A stretch of DNA of 64,000 nt from Vulcanimicrobiota bacterium (GTDB taxonomy: Bacteria; Vulcanimicrobiota; Vulcanimicrobiia; Vulcanimicrobiales; Vulcanimicrobiaceae): NCBI GenBank assembly GCA_963820825.1, contig CAWGBN010000006.1:224001-288000 (forward strand), read 5' to 3'. Below are positions 10,153-21,682 of this stretch, in pieces. The notes under the pieces are model-generated. The model was not told the origin of the DNA and ran no database searches. It was given only the letters and a program-made list of their open reading frames with translations. The position numbers and the translations under genes are program-made. Within the stretch, counting starts at the first letter, position 1, and the number at the start of each line of letters is the position of its first letter.

Positions 10153-11143
10153 CCGGGCGCTGCTCTACGCCGCCGGCGGCGGCATCGGCGACTCGCTCGT
10201 CGCAACGCTGGTCGCGCGCGCACTGCGTGCGCGCTTTGCGCAGGTCGATGCGCTGACGCTCGCCGCGCATCGCGCGGTTCTCGAGCGCGTTCCCGACTTG
10301 GACGAGGTTCTGGTCGACGACGGCGGTGAGGAACGCGCGCTCGCCGAGATGCTTCGCGGGCGGGGCTATGCGGCGTGCGTGGTGACGTGGGCGACGCCGC
10401 GGACGGCTCGAGTCCCCGCGCTCGCGGCAATTCCCGTGCGCGTGGGACAGGCGCGGCGCATCTACTCGTTCCGCTTTACCGATCGCATCGTGGTGCGCAG
10501 CGAGGACGGCGACGTCACCTCGCACTGGTCGCAGATTCTGCTCGACTACGCGCGCGCGATCGGCTGCGATACCGACGATCCGTACTATCGCTTCGTCCCG
10601 ACACCCGGCGACGAACGTGAGGCCGAGGAACTTGGCCTCGGCGATCGCCGTTTCGTAATTCTCAATCCCTGTAACGCGGTTGCCTCGCGCCGCGGCATCT
10701 GGCCCTTGGACGGCTGGGCGGCGCTCGCCCGCGCGCTGCGGGCCGAGCACGGCACGCGCATCCTCGTCAGTGGATCGCCGGCGGATGCAGCGATGGCCGA
10801 GGGCATCGCCCGTCTCGCCGGCGACGACGAAATCGTCTCGATTGCCGGACGGACGAGCGTCGGCGGATTCGGCGCGCTCGCGCGCAAAGCGCAGGCGTTC
10901 GTCGGGATCACGACCGGGTCGATGCACGTTGCCGCGGCGGTCGGCTGTCCGGCGGTCGGCATCTTCCCGTTTCAATCCGACTTTCCCGAGCGCTGGGCCC
11001 CCCTCGGAAGGCGGACCGCGGTGGTGCGAGCCTCGTATCCCTGCCACAAAGGCGATACGAAAGAGAACTGCCGCGACTATGCCTGCATCGCAAATCTCGA
11101 CGTCGCGCGAATCGTCCCCTCGGTGGCTTCGCTGGTCGCATGA
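10142..11143 (+). CDS. Glycosyltransferase family 9 (heptosyltransferase-like)
   Basis: GIGD near the N-terminus, TGSMHVAAAVG, RWAP. Confidence 0.85.
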   Translation: MADSRALLYAAGGGIGDSLVATLVARALRARFAQVDALTLAAHRAVLERVPDLDEVLVDDGGEERALAEMLRGRGYAACVVTWATPRTARVPALAAIPVRVGQARRIYSFRFTDRIVVRSEDGDVTSHWSQILLDYARAIGCDTDDPYYRFVPTPGDEREAEELGLGDRRFVILNPCNAVASRRGIWPLDGWAALARALRAEHGTRILVSGSPADAAMAEGIARLAGDDEIVSIAGRTSVGGFGALARKAQAFVGITTGSMHVAAAVGCPAVGIFPFQSDFPERWAPLGRRTAVVRASYPCHKGDTKENCRDYACIANLDVARIVPSVASLVA

Positions 11144-12039
11144 TCGCCGCGACGATTCAGCTCTGCACGTACAATCGGGCCGAATTGCTCGCGCGCGTGC
11201 TCGATGCCTGTTTCGATCAGACGGGCGGCGCGCAAACCTACGAGGTCGTGCTGGTCGACGACGGTTCGACCGACGCAACGCCGAGCGCGATTGAAGTCGC
11301 GCGCGGGCGCGCAACCTGTGCGTTCACCGTCGTGACGCAGCCTAACGGCGGACTCGCGCGCGCGCGCAACGTGGGCATCGCGCGCGCGCGCGGAGAGCGA
11401 ATCATCTTCATCGACGACGACGTTCTGCCGCTCCCAAACTTCGTCGAGGAGCACTTGCGCGCCGCCGCAAGCCATCCGGGAGCTATCGTCCGCGGCGGTG
11501 CGATCGAGGTCGAGAGCTGCGACGATCTGCCGCCGCCGATCTGGAGCATCAAGAACTACAGCGGCAACTACTTTTGGACGACCAACGTCTCGGTGCCGCT
11601 CGCCACGATCCGGGGGATCGGTGCGTTCGACGAGTCGTTCGCCGAGTACGGCTGGGAGGACATCGACGTCGGCTTGCGTCTGCGCGCCGCGGGGGTGCCG
11701 GCGGTCTTTCATCCGAGCGCGCTGGTCTATCACGTCAAACCGCGACCCCGTGCGGCCGCCGTCGAGAAGATGATCGCGCAGGCGCGAGCGCAGGCCCGTA
11801 CGGCGGTGAAGCTCGTGCGGCGCCACCCGAACTGGCGCGCGTATCTCGCCACCGGAATCAATCCGGTGCAGTTGGGCTTTCATCGCGTGCTGCGATCGCT
11901 GCGGTACGACGAGCGTTTTCGCGGCCGCCTCGAGGATATTACTCCGGAGACCGAGCTGCGTGGAAGAGCGCTGCGCGCCGCGCGCGGGCTCGCCAACGAG
12001 GCCTACTTCGCCGAGCTCGACCGTGCGTTGCGCTCGTGA
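11140..12039 (+). CDS. Glycosyltransferase family 2
   Basis: CTYNR, VDDGSTD, ARNVG, IDDD, FDESF.EYGWED. Confidence 0.9.
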   Translation: MIAATIQLCTYNRAELLARVLDACFDQTGGAQTYEVVLVDDGSTDATPSAIEVARGRATCAFTVVTQPNGGLARARNVGIARARGERIIFIDDDVLPLPNFVEEHLRAAASHPGAIVRGGAIEVESCDDLPPPIWSIKNYSGNYFWTTNVSVPLATIRGIGAFDESFAEYGWEDIDVGLRLRAAGVPAVFHPSALVYHVKPRPRAAAVEKMIAQARAQARTAVKLVRRHPNWRAYLATGINPVQLGFHRVLRSLRYDERFRGRLEDITPETELRGRALRAARGLANEAYFAELDRALRS

Positions 12040-13017
12040 GGATTCTGTTATCGCGCACCGATCGGATCGGCGATCTGGTGCTCTCGACGCCCGCGATTGC
12101 GACCGTACGGGCCTCCTTTCCGCAAGCGCATCTGGCGATCGTCACGAGCGAATACAACAGCGTCGTGATGGAACGCAACGACGACGTCGACGAGCTGATC
12201 GTCCTTCGCAATTCGGATCGCGCCGGATCGCTCGGCGCCCGGCTTCGCGGTTATGACGTCGCGATCGCACTCGCGCCGCGTGCCGTCGATCTCCAGCTCG
12301 TCGGCGCGACGCGCGCACCGCTTCGCGTCGGATATACCTACGAGCGGCGCTGGCTCGCCCGCGTCACCGCGCGGCTCTACGTCAACCGCGTCATGATTTC
12401 GGAGGCCGACCCCGCGCTCTGCGATCGCGATCCGCATCGCGTCGTCCGGCACGAAGTCGTGCAGCTGCTCGACCTCGTCGCGCTGGCCGGCGCGCAGCGG
12501 CGAGTCACGGCCCTTCGGCTCGACGTCACCGACGCGGACCGGGCGACGGCGCGCGAACTGCCCGATCACCCAATCGTCGTGCATCTCGGCCGGCGTTGGT
12601 TCACCGATGGAAGCACGCTGGAAGGAACGCTGGCGATCGTCGAACGCCTCGCCGCCCTGGCACCGGTCGTGATTACCTGCGCGCGCGACTGCGAGGAGTT
12701 CGCGGAACCCTTCGAGACGAGCCGAGCCGTCGCGGCGTTTCTTCGCGGTCTGCCGTTCCATCAGTGGGCCGCGGTTCTCGAGCGGGGACGAGCCGTGGTC
12801 ACCGTCGATACCGGTGCGACCCACGTCGCAAGTGCGGTCGGGAGGCCGGCGGTCGTTGCCTTCGAACACCGCTACTTCCGCTTGAATTTCGCAAGAATGG
12901 TCGCCGTACGGCGTGCCGCACGTGCTGGTTCGAAAGCCGGCGCGCGAAGATGCCGGCTCGATCGCGCATTTCGGCGACGAGATCGTCGGCGGCGTTGCCC
13001 GATTGCTCCATGGCTGA
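12036..13017 (+). CDS. Glycosyltransferase family 9 (indel near 12888)
   Basis: ILLSRTDRIGDLVLSTP and DTGATHVASA; after a frameshift continues SQEWSPYG...LLHG*. Confidence 0.82.
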
Positions 13018-13912
13018 ACTGCCCGAGATCTCGGTCGTCATTCCGACGTACAATCGCCGCGAGACGCTTGTCGCGGTGGTGCCGACGCTCCTGGCACAAG
13101 ATCTCGATTCCGCGCGATACGAGCTGCTCGTCTGCGACTCCAACTCAAACGACGGAACGGCCGAGTATCTCGCCGGAGTGCAGGCGCGCCATACTACCGT
13201 GCGACATCTCCCGGGCGCGTACGGCGGTCGCGCCGCGGCCCGCAACGCCGGGATTGCGGCGGCTCGCGGTTCGATCGTGCTCTTCAACGATGCCGACATC
13301 CTCGCGTCGCCGGACCTGCTCTCGATGCACTCTGCGCCACCATCGCGCTCGCGCGCGCATTGCCGTGGTCGGTCTCGAAGTCCAAGTCACCGACCTCGCC
13401 GACTACACGTTCAAGCGCGATCATCCCGAGGCGCGCGGGCATCTCCATCCGCCATCGCGAAAAAAACTCTCGTGGCTCTATTTTCTGACGGGCAATGCCT
13501 CCGTGCGGCGTGACGACTTGTTGAGGGTGGGTTGCTTCGACGAGAGCTTTACGGGCTACGGTCATGAAGATTTGGAGCTCGGCTATCGCTTGCAGCGCGA
13601 CGGTATCGAAATCTCTACGAGCCGCGCGCGGTAAACTACCACTGTCAGGCCGTCGGATACGAAGATCAAAAAGAAAAGATGCGCCTAGCCGGGCGCTCGA
13701 CCGCGCGCTTTTATCGCAAACATCCGGATTTCGAGGTGATGCTCAAGTTGGGGATGACGCCGCTATCGTTGGGCGCCCACTCGCTGCTCTCGAACGTACC
13801 GCACCTGCTCGGTTTCGTCGACCGGCAGGCGGGAAGGTCGCGGCTGGCACGCGAGCTCTTGCTGCAGTACTACTACGTCTCCGGCATCAAAGAGGCGCGC
13901 GATGGCCGATAG
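13010..13912 (+). CDS. Glycosyltransferase family 2 (two indels, near 13331 and 13612)
   Basis: [18 protein letters not shown]; next frame [24 protein letters not shown]; third frame continues to the stop at 13912. Confidence 0.82.
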
Positions 13913-15672
13913 AGTATCCTGCGGCGCTCTTCGCGCCGCCGACGAAGGCACGACCGTCGAACTCAATGGGTGGGTGAATCGCCGTCGCGATCACGGCGGC
14001 TTGATCTTCGTCGATCTGCGCGACCACGAAGGAATCACGCAGATTGTCTTCGATCCGCAGCATCCCAGCTTCGCGCAGGCCGAACATCTCCGTCACGAAG
14101 ACGTCCTGCGCGTGCCGGCCGCGTGCGGCGCCGCCCGCCGGTACCGAGAATCCGCGCCTCGCGACCGGCGAGGTCGAGGTCGCAATCGGACTGCTCGAGG
14201 TGCTGAACCGCTCGCAGGTCCCGCCCTTCCAGGTCAATTCCGACGAAGCGGTCGACGAGAATCTCCGGCTCGAGTACCGTTATCTCGACCTGCGCCGGCC
14301 TCGCATGCAGCGCAACCTTCGGATGCGTCACCGCATCGTCAAGGCGATGCGCGATTTCTTCGACGCGCGCGATTTTCTCGAGATCGAGACGCCGATGATG
14401 ATCAAGTCGACGCCCGAAGGGGCGCGCGACTATCTGGTGCCAAGCCGCCTCTATCCCGGTACGTTCTACGCGTTGCCGCAATCGCCGCAGCTGCTCAAGC
14501 AGATCCTCATGATCGCGGGCTTTGGGAAGTACATGCAGATCGCGCGCTGCATGCGCGACGAGGATCCGCGCGCCGATCGCCTCGTCGAGTTCGTCCAGCT
14601 CGACGTCGAGCTTTCGTTCTGCACGCAAGACGAGGTACTCGACGTGATGGAATCGTGCATGCGCTACGTCTGGAAGACGGTGCTCGGCATCGAGGTACCG
14701 CCCTTCCCGCGGCTGACCCATCAAGAAGCGATTGCAAAGTACGGTCTCGACAAACCGGATCTGCGCTTCGGACTCGAGCTCGCCGGCGTATCGGAGATCT
14801 TTGCGGAGACCGAGTTCGGCGTCTTTCGCTCGGCCATCGAGGCAGGCGGCGCGGTCGTCGCGCTGCGTTATCCCGGGGGAGCCGCGCTCTCCCGACGCGA
14901 CTTCGATGCGCTGACCGAGACCGCGAAGCTCTGCGGCGCGAAGGGCATGGTTTGGATAGCGCTCGGCAGCGACGGCGTGAAATCCTCGGCGTCGCGCTTT
15001 CTCATCGAGGCGCAGATCGAGCGCGTGCGCGCCGCGCTCGGGGCGGAGACCGGCGATGCGCTGCTGCTCTTCGCCGACGCGCGCGACGTCGCATACGGCG
15101 TTGCCGGAAAGATGCGTAACGAGGTCGGCGACCGTTGCGGTCTGCGCGACCCGAACGTCTACGCCTTCGCGTGGGTTACCGGCTTTCCGTACCTCGAGCT
15201 CGACGAAGAGACGGGTCGTCCGATTCCGGCTCACCATCCTTTCACGGCGCCGGCGCCGGGCGATTGGGAGCTCATCGAGCGGGCACCGATGGAGATGCGC
15301 GCGCAGCATTACGACATGGTGCTCAACGGCTACGAGCTCGGGTCGGGTTCGATCCGCATTCACAAGGCGCAGGAGCAGCGCAAGATCTTTGAGATGTTGG
15401 GCTTAACGCCCGAGGAAATCGAGGATCGTTTCGGTTTCTTCGTGCGCGCACTCGATTACGGCGCTCCGCCGCACGGCGGCATGGCGCTGGGGATCGACCG
15501 TATCGTAATGATCGCCTGCGGCGAAGAGAACCTTCGCGAAGTCACCGCGTTTCCGAAGAATCAGGTCGCGCGCGACGTCATGATGGACGCCCCGAGTCCG
15601 GTACCTCCGGAGCTTCTCCGCGATCTCCACCTGCGGCTGGAGGCTCGCCCCGACGCGCACCGAGCGCTATGA
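13902..15672 (+). CDS. aspS: Aspartate--tRNA ligase (indels near 14115-14140)
   Basis: [55 protein letters not shown]. Confidence 0.96.
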
Positions 15673-15674
15673 GG

Positions 15675-16298
15675 TTACGTGAAGGGGAGCTGTGCCATCC
15701 GGACGATGCCGTAGATCAGCGCGACGATGCCGACCGTGACGACGACGGCATGACGCGGATAGGTCATCTTGGTGCTCATTCCGGCGAGGAACGAGACCGC
15801 GGCAAAGATGACCGTCAGCAGCAAGAAATCGTCGGCGTGACGATTCGCTTCGAGCGCGGCTGAGAAATTCGATGCTGCCGCGGCCTCGAGCCGACGCGCC
15901 TGCGCCTTTGCCGGTAGCGCGTACTGGGGCATTGCGAAGGGCGAGGACGGTGCGTGGCGATTGTGCAGCGGCTTGGTCGCGAGCCACGCAACCATTGCGG
16001 TGCGCATCTCCGGGCCGAACCGGTCGTAGATGAACTGCGCGCGCCGCCGGTCTCCGGTGCTCATCGCATCGACGTAGTTCAAAAAGAGATTGACGTTGAT
16101 GGCGTTGGTTCCGACCGCCCGGTCCGCAGCCTCGGCCGATTCGATCCGGCTCGCACTGGCGACGTTGTAGAGGCGCGTCTGCACGCCGCCCCATCGCCCG
16201 GATTGATAACCGCACAACGCGGTGAGGACGGCCGCGACGGAGATCAAGACGACGGAGAGAACGTCGACCACCCGGTCGACTGCTTTCGGATCGAACAT
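15675..16298 (-). CDS. Hypothetical membrane protein (3 TM with a soluble loop; DUF4337-like)
   Basis: 207-aa ORF with N- and C-terminal hydrophobic helices; TATAAT upstream on the same strand. Confidence 0.6.
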   Translation of the reverse strand: MFDPKAVDRVVDVLSVVLISVAAVLTALCGYQSGRWGGVQTRLYNVASASRIESAEAADRAVGTNAINVNLFLNYVDAMSTGDRRRAQFIYDRFGPEMRTAMVAWLATKPLHNRHAPSSPFAMPQYALPAKAQARRLEAAAASNFSAALEANRHADDFLLLTVIFAAVSFLAGMSTKMTYPRHAVVVTVGIVALIYGIVRMAQLPFT

Positions 16299-16337
16299 CC
16301 TAGGTGTAAGAGTGGCAGGCAGCGTGCACGCTAGGGC

Positions 16338-16343
16338 ATTATA
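16338..16343 (-). promoter_or_regulatory. Candidate sigma70 -10 box (TATAAT) for the 15675-16298 gene
   Basis: Perfect TATAAT on the minus strand ~40 nt upstream of the ATG in a high-GC genome; no consensus -35. Confidence 0.35.
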
Positions 16344-16437
16344 TTGCCTTTATGGACGGGCTGCCTGCCCAATGCTACACTGGTACCCCCAAACAGGCCT
16401 CCGAGGCTTTGCTTTATCGTGAGGAGCGCGTCTGTCC

Positions 16438-17283
16438 GTGAACTGGGAACGGCTTATTGCGGCGATCATGCTCGTCTCGCTGACCTTCGGCGCGGGGCTT
16501 CAAGTCGATCGCGATCATTTAAAGACCGTCCTTCGCAACGGTGGCCTGATCGGGCGCACGTTCCTGGCGAACTTCATCATCGTTCCGCTGCTCGGCGTAC
16601 TCTTAGCGAAGGTCTTTCGACTGCCGCCGCAGGTCGCCACCGGGTTCTTGCTGATGGCGATCGCGCCCGGCGTTCCGCTCGTTCTTACCTCGGTCAGAAA
16701 ACGCGGCGGAAGCCTCGGCTTTGCGATCGCGCTCGCGTTCATGCTGCCGCTGCTATCGATCGTGACGGTACCGGTGACGGCGGCGCTGGTGATGCCGACC
16801 GCCGCAAAAGCCGATTTGCCAATGACCCGGTTCGTGCTGACGCTGGTGCTCTTCCAGTTGCTCCCGCTCGTCGCGGGGATCGCCGTGGGTGCCCTCGCAC
16901 CCCGTTCGGCGCAGCGACTGGACCGGCCGCTCCAAATCCTCTTCTTCGCGTCGGCGCTGGCGCTCATCGCACTGCTCGCACCGACATTGGCGCACAGCGT
17001 GGCCTCGGTCTACGGCTCAAACGGCATGTTGGCAATGCTCTGTTTGGTGCTGTTCTCGATGGCCACCGGTTGGCTCTTGGGTGGCCCGGCTCGGGAGGAC
17101 CGGCGGGTGCTGGCAATCGGGACGACGCTGCGGAACATCGGTCTGTGCGCGTTGATTGCCACGGCGAGTTTTACCGACAAGCTCGTGGCGGCGACCGTGC
17201 TGACGTACTTTCTGATTCAGTTTCTCATCACGACGATCTTCGGCGTCTATTTCGCACGGACCGCACGGAACGCGACACGATGA
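16438..17283 (+). CDS. Bile acid:sodium symporter (BASS) family transporter
   Basis: LANFIIVP, MAIAPG.P and LRNIG motifs; about 9 TM segments. Confidence 0.8.
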   Translation: MNWERLIAAIMLVSLTFGAGLQVDRDHLKTVLRNGGLIGRTFLANFIIVPLLGVLLAKVFRLPPQVATGFLLMAIAPGVPLVLTSVRKRGGSLGFAIALAFMLPLLSIVTVPVTAALVMPTAAKADLPMTRFVLTLVLFQLLPLVAGIAVGALAPRSAQRLDRPLQILFFASALALIALLAPTLAHSVASVYGSNGMLAMLCLVLFSMATGWLLGGPAREDRRVLAIGTTLRNIGLCALIATASFTDKLVAATVLTYFLIQFLITTIFGVYFARTARNATR

Positions 17284-18023
17284 CGCCGCTAGTCTTATCC
17301 GAGTTCGGTTTTGACAAGCTGAACGTCATCGACTACATCTCGCTCATTGCGGCCACGACCAACGCCTTCAACGGCGCATTGCTGGCGCGCCGTCCCGACC
17401 ACTACAAACATTTCACTCTGATCGGCGTCATCATCCTTGCATTCGCCGGCGGCATCGGGGGCGGAATCGTCCGTGACGTTCTCGTCAATAAGGTCCCTTC
17501 GCCGCTAATCAATCCATGGTATTTGATTCTCTGCTTCAACGCTGCGGCGCTGGCGCTGATTGTCGACTACGCGAGCGCGGCGCGTTTCAAAGACGGTCTC
17601 TTTCAGTTCATGACGGCGTTTACGCTGCCGTGGTACGCTATCGTGGGGGCTCAGGCCGCCCTCGCCGCGCATCTGGGGTACCTGGCCGCGGTGCTGATCG
17701 GGATCATCGCGACGACGGCGGGAAGATGGATCATCGACGTTGCCTGCAACGTGGTGCCGAAGCAGCTCGTACGAGGCGAGTTCTTCGTGACCGCAGCGGG
17801 ACTCACGGGCATCGCCTACGTCGTCTGCAATCAGGCATTCGGGATCTCCGTGATACTGTCCACGATCGTCGCGTTCTTCGTCGGGTTCGGCTTCCGTCTG
17901 CTCTCGCAGTTTCTTGGTTGGGAAGAGTGGGAGCCTTGGGAACCGGCATCGCTCGCGCAGGGAGAGAAAGCGCGTAAGACCTTGGGCGAGGGCTTACACG
18001 CCGAGTTCGACCGTACCGAATGA
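17280..18023 (+). CDS. TRIC cation channel family / UPF0126 membrane protein
   Basis: GGIGGGIVRDVL repeat and a second degenerate repeat TTAGRWIIDV. Confidence 0.8.
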   Translation: MTPLVLSEFGFDKLNVIDYISLIAATTNAFNGALLARRPDHYKHFTLIGVIILAFAGGIGGGIVRDVLVNKVPSPLINPWYLILCFNAAALALIVDYASAARFKDGLFQFMTAFTLPWYAIVGAQAALAAHLGYLAAVLIGIIATTAGRWIIDVACNVVPKQLVRGEFFVTAAGLTGIAYVVCNQAFGISVILSTIVAFFVGFGFRLLSQFLGWEEWEPWEPASLAQGEKARKTLGEGLHAEFDRTE

Positions 18024-18038
18024 AAGGATAGCGTATTC

Positions 18039-18887
18039 ATGGCCAAGGCTGCCGAGAAGGATCGCCCGCGATCGCTGGTCACGCATCGCGAGTTCAAGAT
18101 GCTCCTCAAACCCGAGAAGTTTCCGACCCGCAAAGCGCTCCTCGAATTCAATCAGTTGCTGGAGCGCGTGGCAAAAGCGCTCGGCGTTCGCTACGAACCG
18201 GTCGAGTCGATCGACTCACAGTTACGGATCGTCCAGTTCTACGATACGAAGAACGAAGACTTGCGTAAGAACAAGCTCATCTTCCGAATCCGGCAGATTC
18301 GCCAGGGCGGATGGCCCGACGAGAGCTGGGAGCTTACGTTTAAGTGCCGTGCGCCCGAGTACGAGAAGGCGGCGGGCTTCGACACGGACACTACGTTGAC
18401 GCAGCTGCAGCGCAAGAAGTTCAAGGAAGAGTTGATTCGCGGCGAAGCGCCGGGAACGATGACGAGCATCTTTTCCAATAACGTGATCGTCGAATATCCG
18501 GAGGTCGACGTCGAGGTTCCCATCTCGCGCCTGGCCTCGGCGTTGCCCCACCTCAGAACGCTCGAGCTGGATATGGACGAGCGGCTCTCGATCGTGGCGG
18601 GTGCGAAGGTCTTCGAGCTGCAGTCGACGGTCGGCAACCTCTTTTTCGGGCATGGCGTCACCGCGCACGCGACGCTCGCGGTCTGGGCACGGCCGGTCCC
18701 CGACCGGTTCGAGCCGCTAGTAGCCGAGTTCGGCTTCTCGACGCACGTTCGCGAGCGCGACGAAAAAGAAGAGAAAGGCCAAAAAGCGGCTGACGACTTC
18801 TTCAAAGCGCTCCAGGGACCGCTCAAAGATTACCTCTCGGATGGAACGACCAAGACGGCCCTGATCTATGGAGACAGCGGCTCTTAG
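18039..18887 (+). CDS. CYTH-like (triphosphate tunnel) domain protein
   Basis: REFK near the N-terminus, FYDT...L....IFRIR, LTFK, C-terminal TKT. Confidence 0.55.
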   Translation: MAKAAEKDRPRSLVTHREFKMLLKPEKFPTRKALLEFNQLLERVAKALGVRYEPVESIDSQLRIVQFYDTKNEDLRKNKLIFRIRQIRQGGWPDESWELTFKCRAPEYEKAAGFDTDTTLTQLQRKKFKEELIRGEAPGTMTSIFSNNVIVEYPEVDVEVPISRLASALPHLRTLELDMDERLSIVAGAKVFELQSTVGNLFFGHGVTAHATLAVWARPVPDRFEPLVAEFGFSTHVRERDEKEEKGQKAADDFFKALQGPLKDYLSDGTTKTALIYGDSGS

Positions 18888-18912
18888 CTCAACTTCACGA
18901 CAAGGAGTACCA

Positions 18913-20436
18913 ATGGCCACTCAAAGCACACCGAATATCGTCGCGATCATGGCCGACGATATCGGTTGGTTCAACATCGGCGCCTACCATCAAGGGATCA
19001 TGGCGAGCCGCACTCCGAATCTCGATCGCCTTGCGGCCGAGGGGATGCGCTTTACGGACTACTACGCCGAGGCGAGCTGCACCGCCGGGCGCGCGAACTT
19101 CATCACCGGTCAGCTCCCGATCCGAACGGGTTTGACGACGGTGGGACAAGCCGGGGCGAAGGTTGGAATGCCTGCTGAGGCGCCGACCATTGCGACGGCG
19201 CTCAAATCGATGGGATACGCCACCGGGCAGTTCGGAAAGAACCACCTTGGCGATCTCAACGAATACTTGCCGACGGTCCACGGCTTCGACGAGTTCTTCG
19301 GCTATCTCTATCACCTCGATGCCATGGAAGATCCGTCGCATCCGAACTATCCGCAGGCGCTCAAAGATAAGATCGGTCCTCGCAACATGGTGCATTGCTG
19401 GGCGACCGCCAAAGACGACGCGACCGTCGACCCGCGTTGGGGGAAAGTCGGCAAGCAGCGGATCGAAGATGCCGGCCCGCTCTTCCCCGAGCGCATGAAG
19501 ACCGTCGACGACGAGATTTTGGACAACGCTCTCAAGTTCATCGACCAGGCGAAGGCGCAGAGTAAGCCGTTCTTCTTGTGGCTCAATCCGACGCGCATGC
19601 ACGTGGTCACACATCTCTCCGATAAGTATCAGAAGATGCGTACGCCGGAGAATGGCTGGTCGGAATCGGAGGCGGGTATGGCGCAGCTCGACGACATCGT
19701 CGGCGGCGTCATGAAGAAGCTCGATGACGATGGTCTCGCAAATAATACCATCATCATGTTTACGACCGATAACGGCGCCGAGAACTTCACCTGGCCCGAC
19801 GGCGGTCAAACGCCCTTTGCCGGCGGCAAAGGCACGGTTCTCGAAGGCGGTTTCCGCTCTCCCTGCATCGTGCGCTGGCCCGGTAAAGTCCCGGCCGGAA
19901 AAGTTGAAAACGGAATCTTCTCCGGAATGGACTGGTTCCCGACCTTCGTCGCCGCAGCCGGAAACCCGAATATCGCCGACGAGTTGAAGAAGGGCAAACA
20001 GCTCGGCGACCGCACCTATAAGGTGCACCTCGACGGTTACAATCAGCTCGATCTGATCACCGGGAAAGGTCCGTCGAACCGGCACGAGATCTTCTACTTT
20101 GCTGAAGGTACGCTCGGCGCGGTCCGCCTCAACGACTATAAATACCGGTTCATCGATCAGCCCGGTGGCTGGCTCGGCGGAACGGTCAAAGTCGACTGGC
20201 CGATTCTCACGAACATCCGGCTCGATCCCTTCGAACGCACCGGCATTAGCGGATCGCTCAACTACTACCACTTCTTCGCCTACCAGTTCTGGCGATTCGT
20301 GCTGGTCCAGGAGGTCGTCGGAAAACTCGCCGAGACCGCGATCGAGTTTCCACCGATGCAGAAAGGCGCCTCATTCAATCTCGAAGAGGTCAAGGAGCGG
20401 ATCCAAAAGGCGATGGCGTCGCACACCGGATCGTAA
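18913..20436 (+). CDS. Arylsulfatase (Cys-type), no signal peptide
   Basis: PNIV.IMADDIG, SCTAGRA (FGly motif), GKNHLG, TTDNG; AAGGAG RBS. Confidence 0.93.
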   Translation: MATQSTPNIVAIMADDIGWFNIGAYHQGIMASRTPNLDRLAAEGMRFTDYYAEASCTAGRANFITGQLPIRTGLTTVGQAGAKVGMPAEAPTIATALKSMGYATGQFGKNHLGDLNEYLPTVHGFDEFFGYLYHLDAMEDPSHPNYPQALKDKIGPRNMVHCWATAKDDATVDPRWGKVGKQRIEDAGPLFPERMKTVDDEILDNALKFIDQAKAQSKPFFLWLNPTRMHVVTHLSDKYQKMRTPENGWSESEAGMAQLDDIVGGVMKKLDDDGLANNTIIMFTTDNGAENFTWPDGGQTPFAGGKGTVLEGGFRSPCIVRWPGKVPAGKVENGIFSGMDWFPTFVAAAGNPNIADELKKGKQLGDRTYKVHLDGYNQLDLITGKGPSNRHEIFYFAEGTLGAVRLNDYKYRFIDQPGGWLGGTVKVDWPILTNIRLDPFERTGISGSLNYYHFFAYQFWRFVLVQEVVGKLAETAIEFPPMQKGASFNLEEVKERIQKAMASHTGS

Positions 20437-20455
20437 GGAACTGCGCACGATAACG

Positions 20456-20488
20456 AAAGAGCGAGCGTCCGTTACGGGCGCTCGCTCT
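20456..20488. terminator. Hairpin between convergent sulfatase and methyltransferase genes
   Basis: AGAGCGAGCG...CGCTCGCTCT 10-bp outer stem, short T tract on the minus strand. Confidence 0.55.
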
Positions 20489-21682
20489 GCGTGTGGGTGT
20501 CGAAGACGACCTGATCCCAACGCCATAATTTTCGAAAGAACGCTAAGGCCCTTTGCCGTTGCGGCGCATCGCCGCCGATCTCCGCGATCGAGCGCTCCGC
20601 GTCGACCGCGGCGAGCATTCGTTGCTCGTCGGCATCGATCGGCAGGTAGAGGTCGTTATAGACGTGATTGCGATTGATCAGCACGGCGGCCGCTCCCGGC
20701 GGCAGGCGCTCGCGCACGGCGAGCGTCTCGGGCAAGCGAATCGGCACGTATCCAAACGACGAGTCGGAGTCGAAGCCAACGTCGTCGCTCGCGGGCCGGT
20801 CCGATCGATAGCAGATGAAGGCGTGGCGAAGCATCGTTCCGCGAAAGAGCTCGAGCGCCGCGTACTGCTCGTGCGGCGCGAGCCTCGATAACAGCGCACG
20901 GTGCGGCGTGCCGGCGATGGCGCCGCAATCGGGAAGATACGGCGCCTGACGGATCCACCGTCCAAACGTTAGACCGGCATTCTCGACCAACGTCATCAGC
21001 TCCGGAACGGAGTATGCCCGATCTCTCGGATGGAGCAGCGCGTCGGCGATCCCGGCGCTCGTGGCAAAGTCGGGCGAGTTGCGCAGCAGCGGTACGATCG
21101 GATGATCGGCCGGGAGTGCTTGTAGGGTCGCCACGAGATCGGCAATCTCGCCCTCGCTGCGGCCGACGCCGATGCGTCGGCAGTACTCCTGGAGCAAGTA
21201 GACGCCGGCGCGGCCGTACGGCGCGTAGAGCATCAGATGCATCGCGCCCGTGGGCGCAGCACGTCGCGCAGCGCGCGCAGGCCCGCGTCGGGGTCGGAGA
21301 GATGATGGAGAACGCCGGTGCAGACGACGTAGTCGAACGACTCGCCGAGTTCGCCCGCGCGCTCGATCGGTAGTTGCCGCAGTTCGAGGTTCTCTAAACC
21401 GTATTTGCGTTGCAGCTCGCGCGAATGCGCGATGCTCGTCGCGCTGAGATCGATGCCGACGACGCGGGCTCGCGGCCAGCGGACCGCGTAGTGCGCCGCC
21501 TGCATCGTGCCGCATCCGGCCACCAAGATGCTGCGATGGTCGCGGAATTGTTCGTTCGGCCAGAAGAGATGGGAATCGGCGTACCGGCGGGCGTCGGTCC
21601 ACGCCCGCCGGTACGCATCGAGGTCGTCTACCGGCGCCGGGTAGGGGTGACGTTCGTAGAAGTCACCGAGCTCATTAGCCGT
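20472..21682 (-). CDS. Class I SAM-dependent methyltransferase (indel near 21251; start codon unclear)
   Basis: FYERHPYP, ILVAGCGT, GIDLS, FDYVVCTGVLHH; next frame MHLMLYAPYGR and DALLHPRD. Confidence 0.8.
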
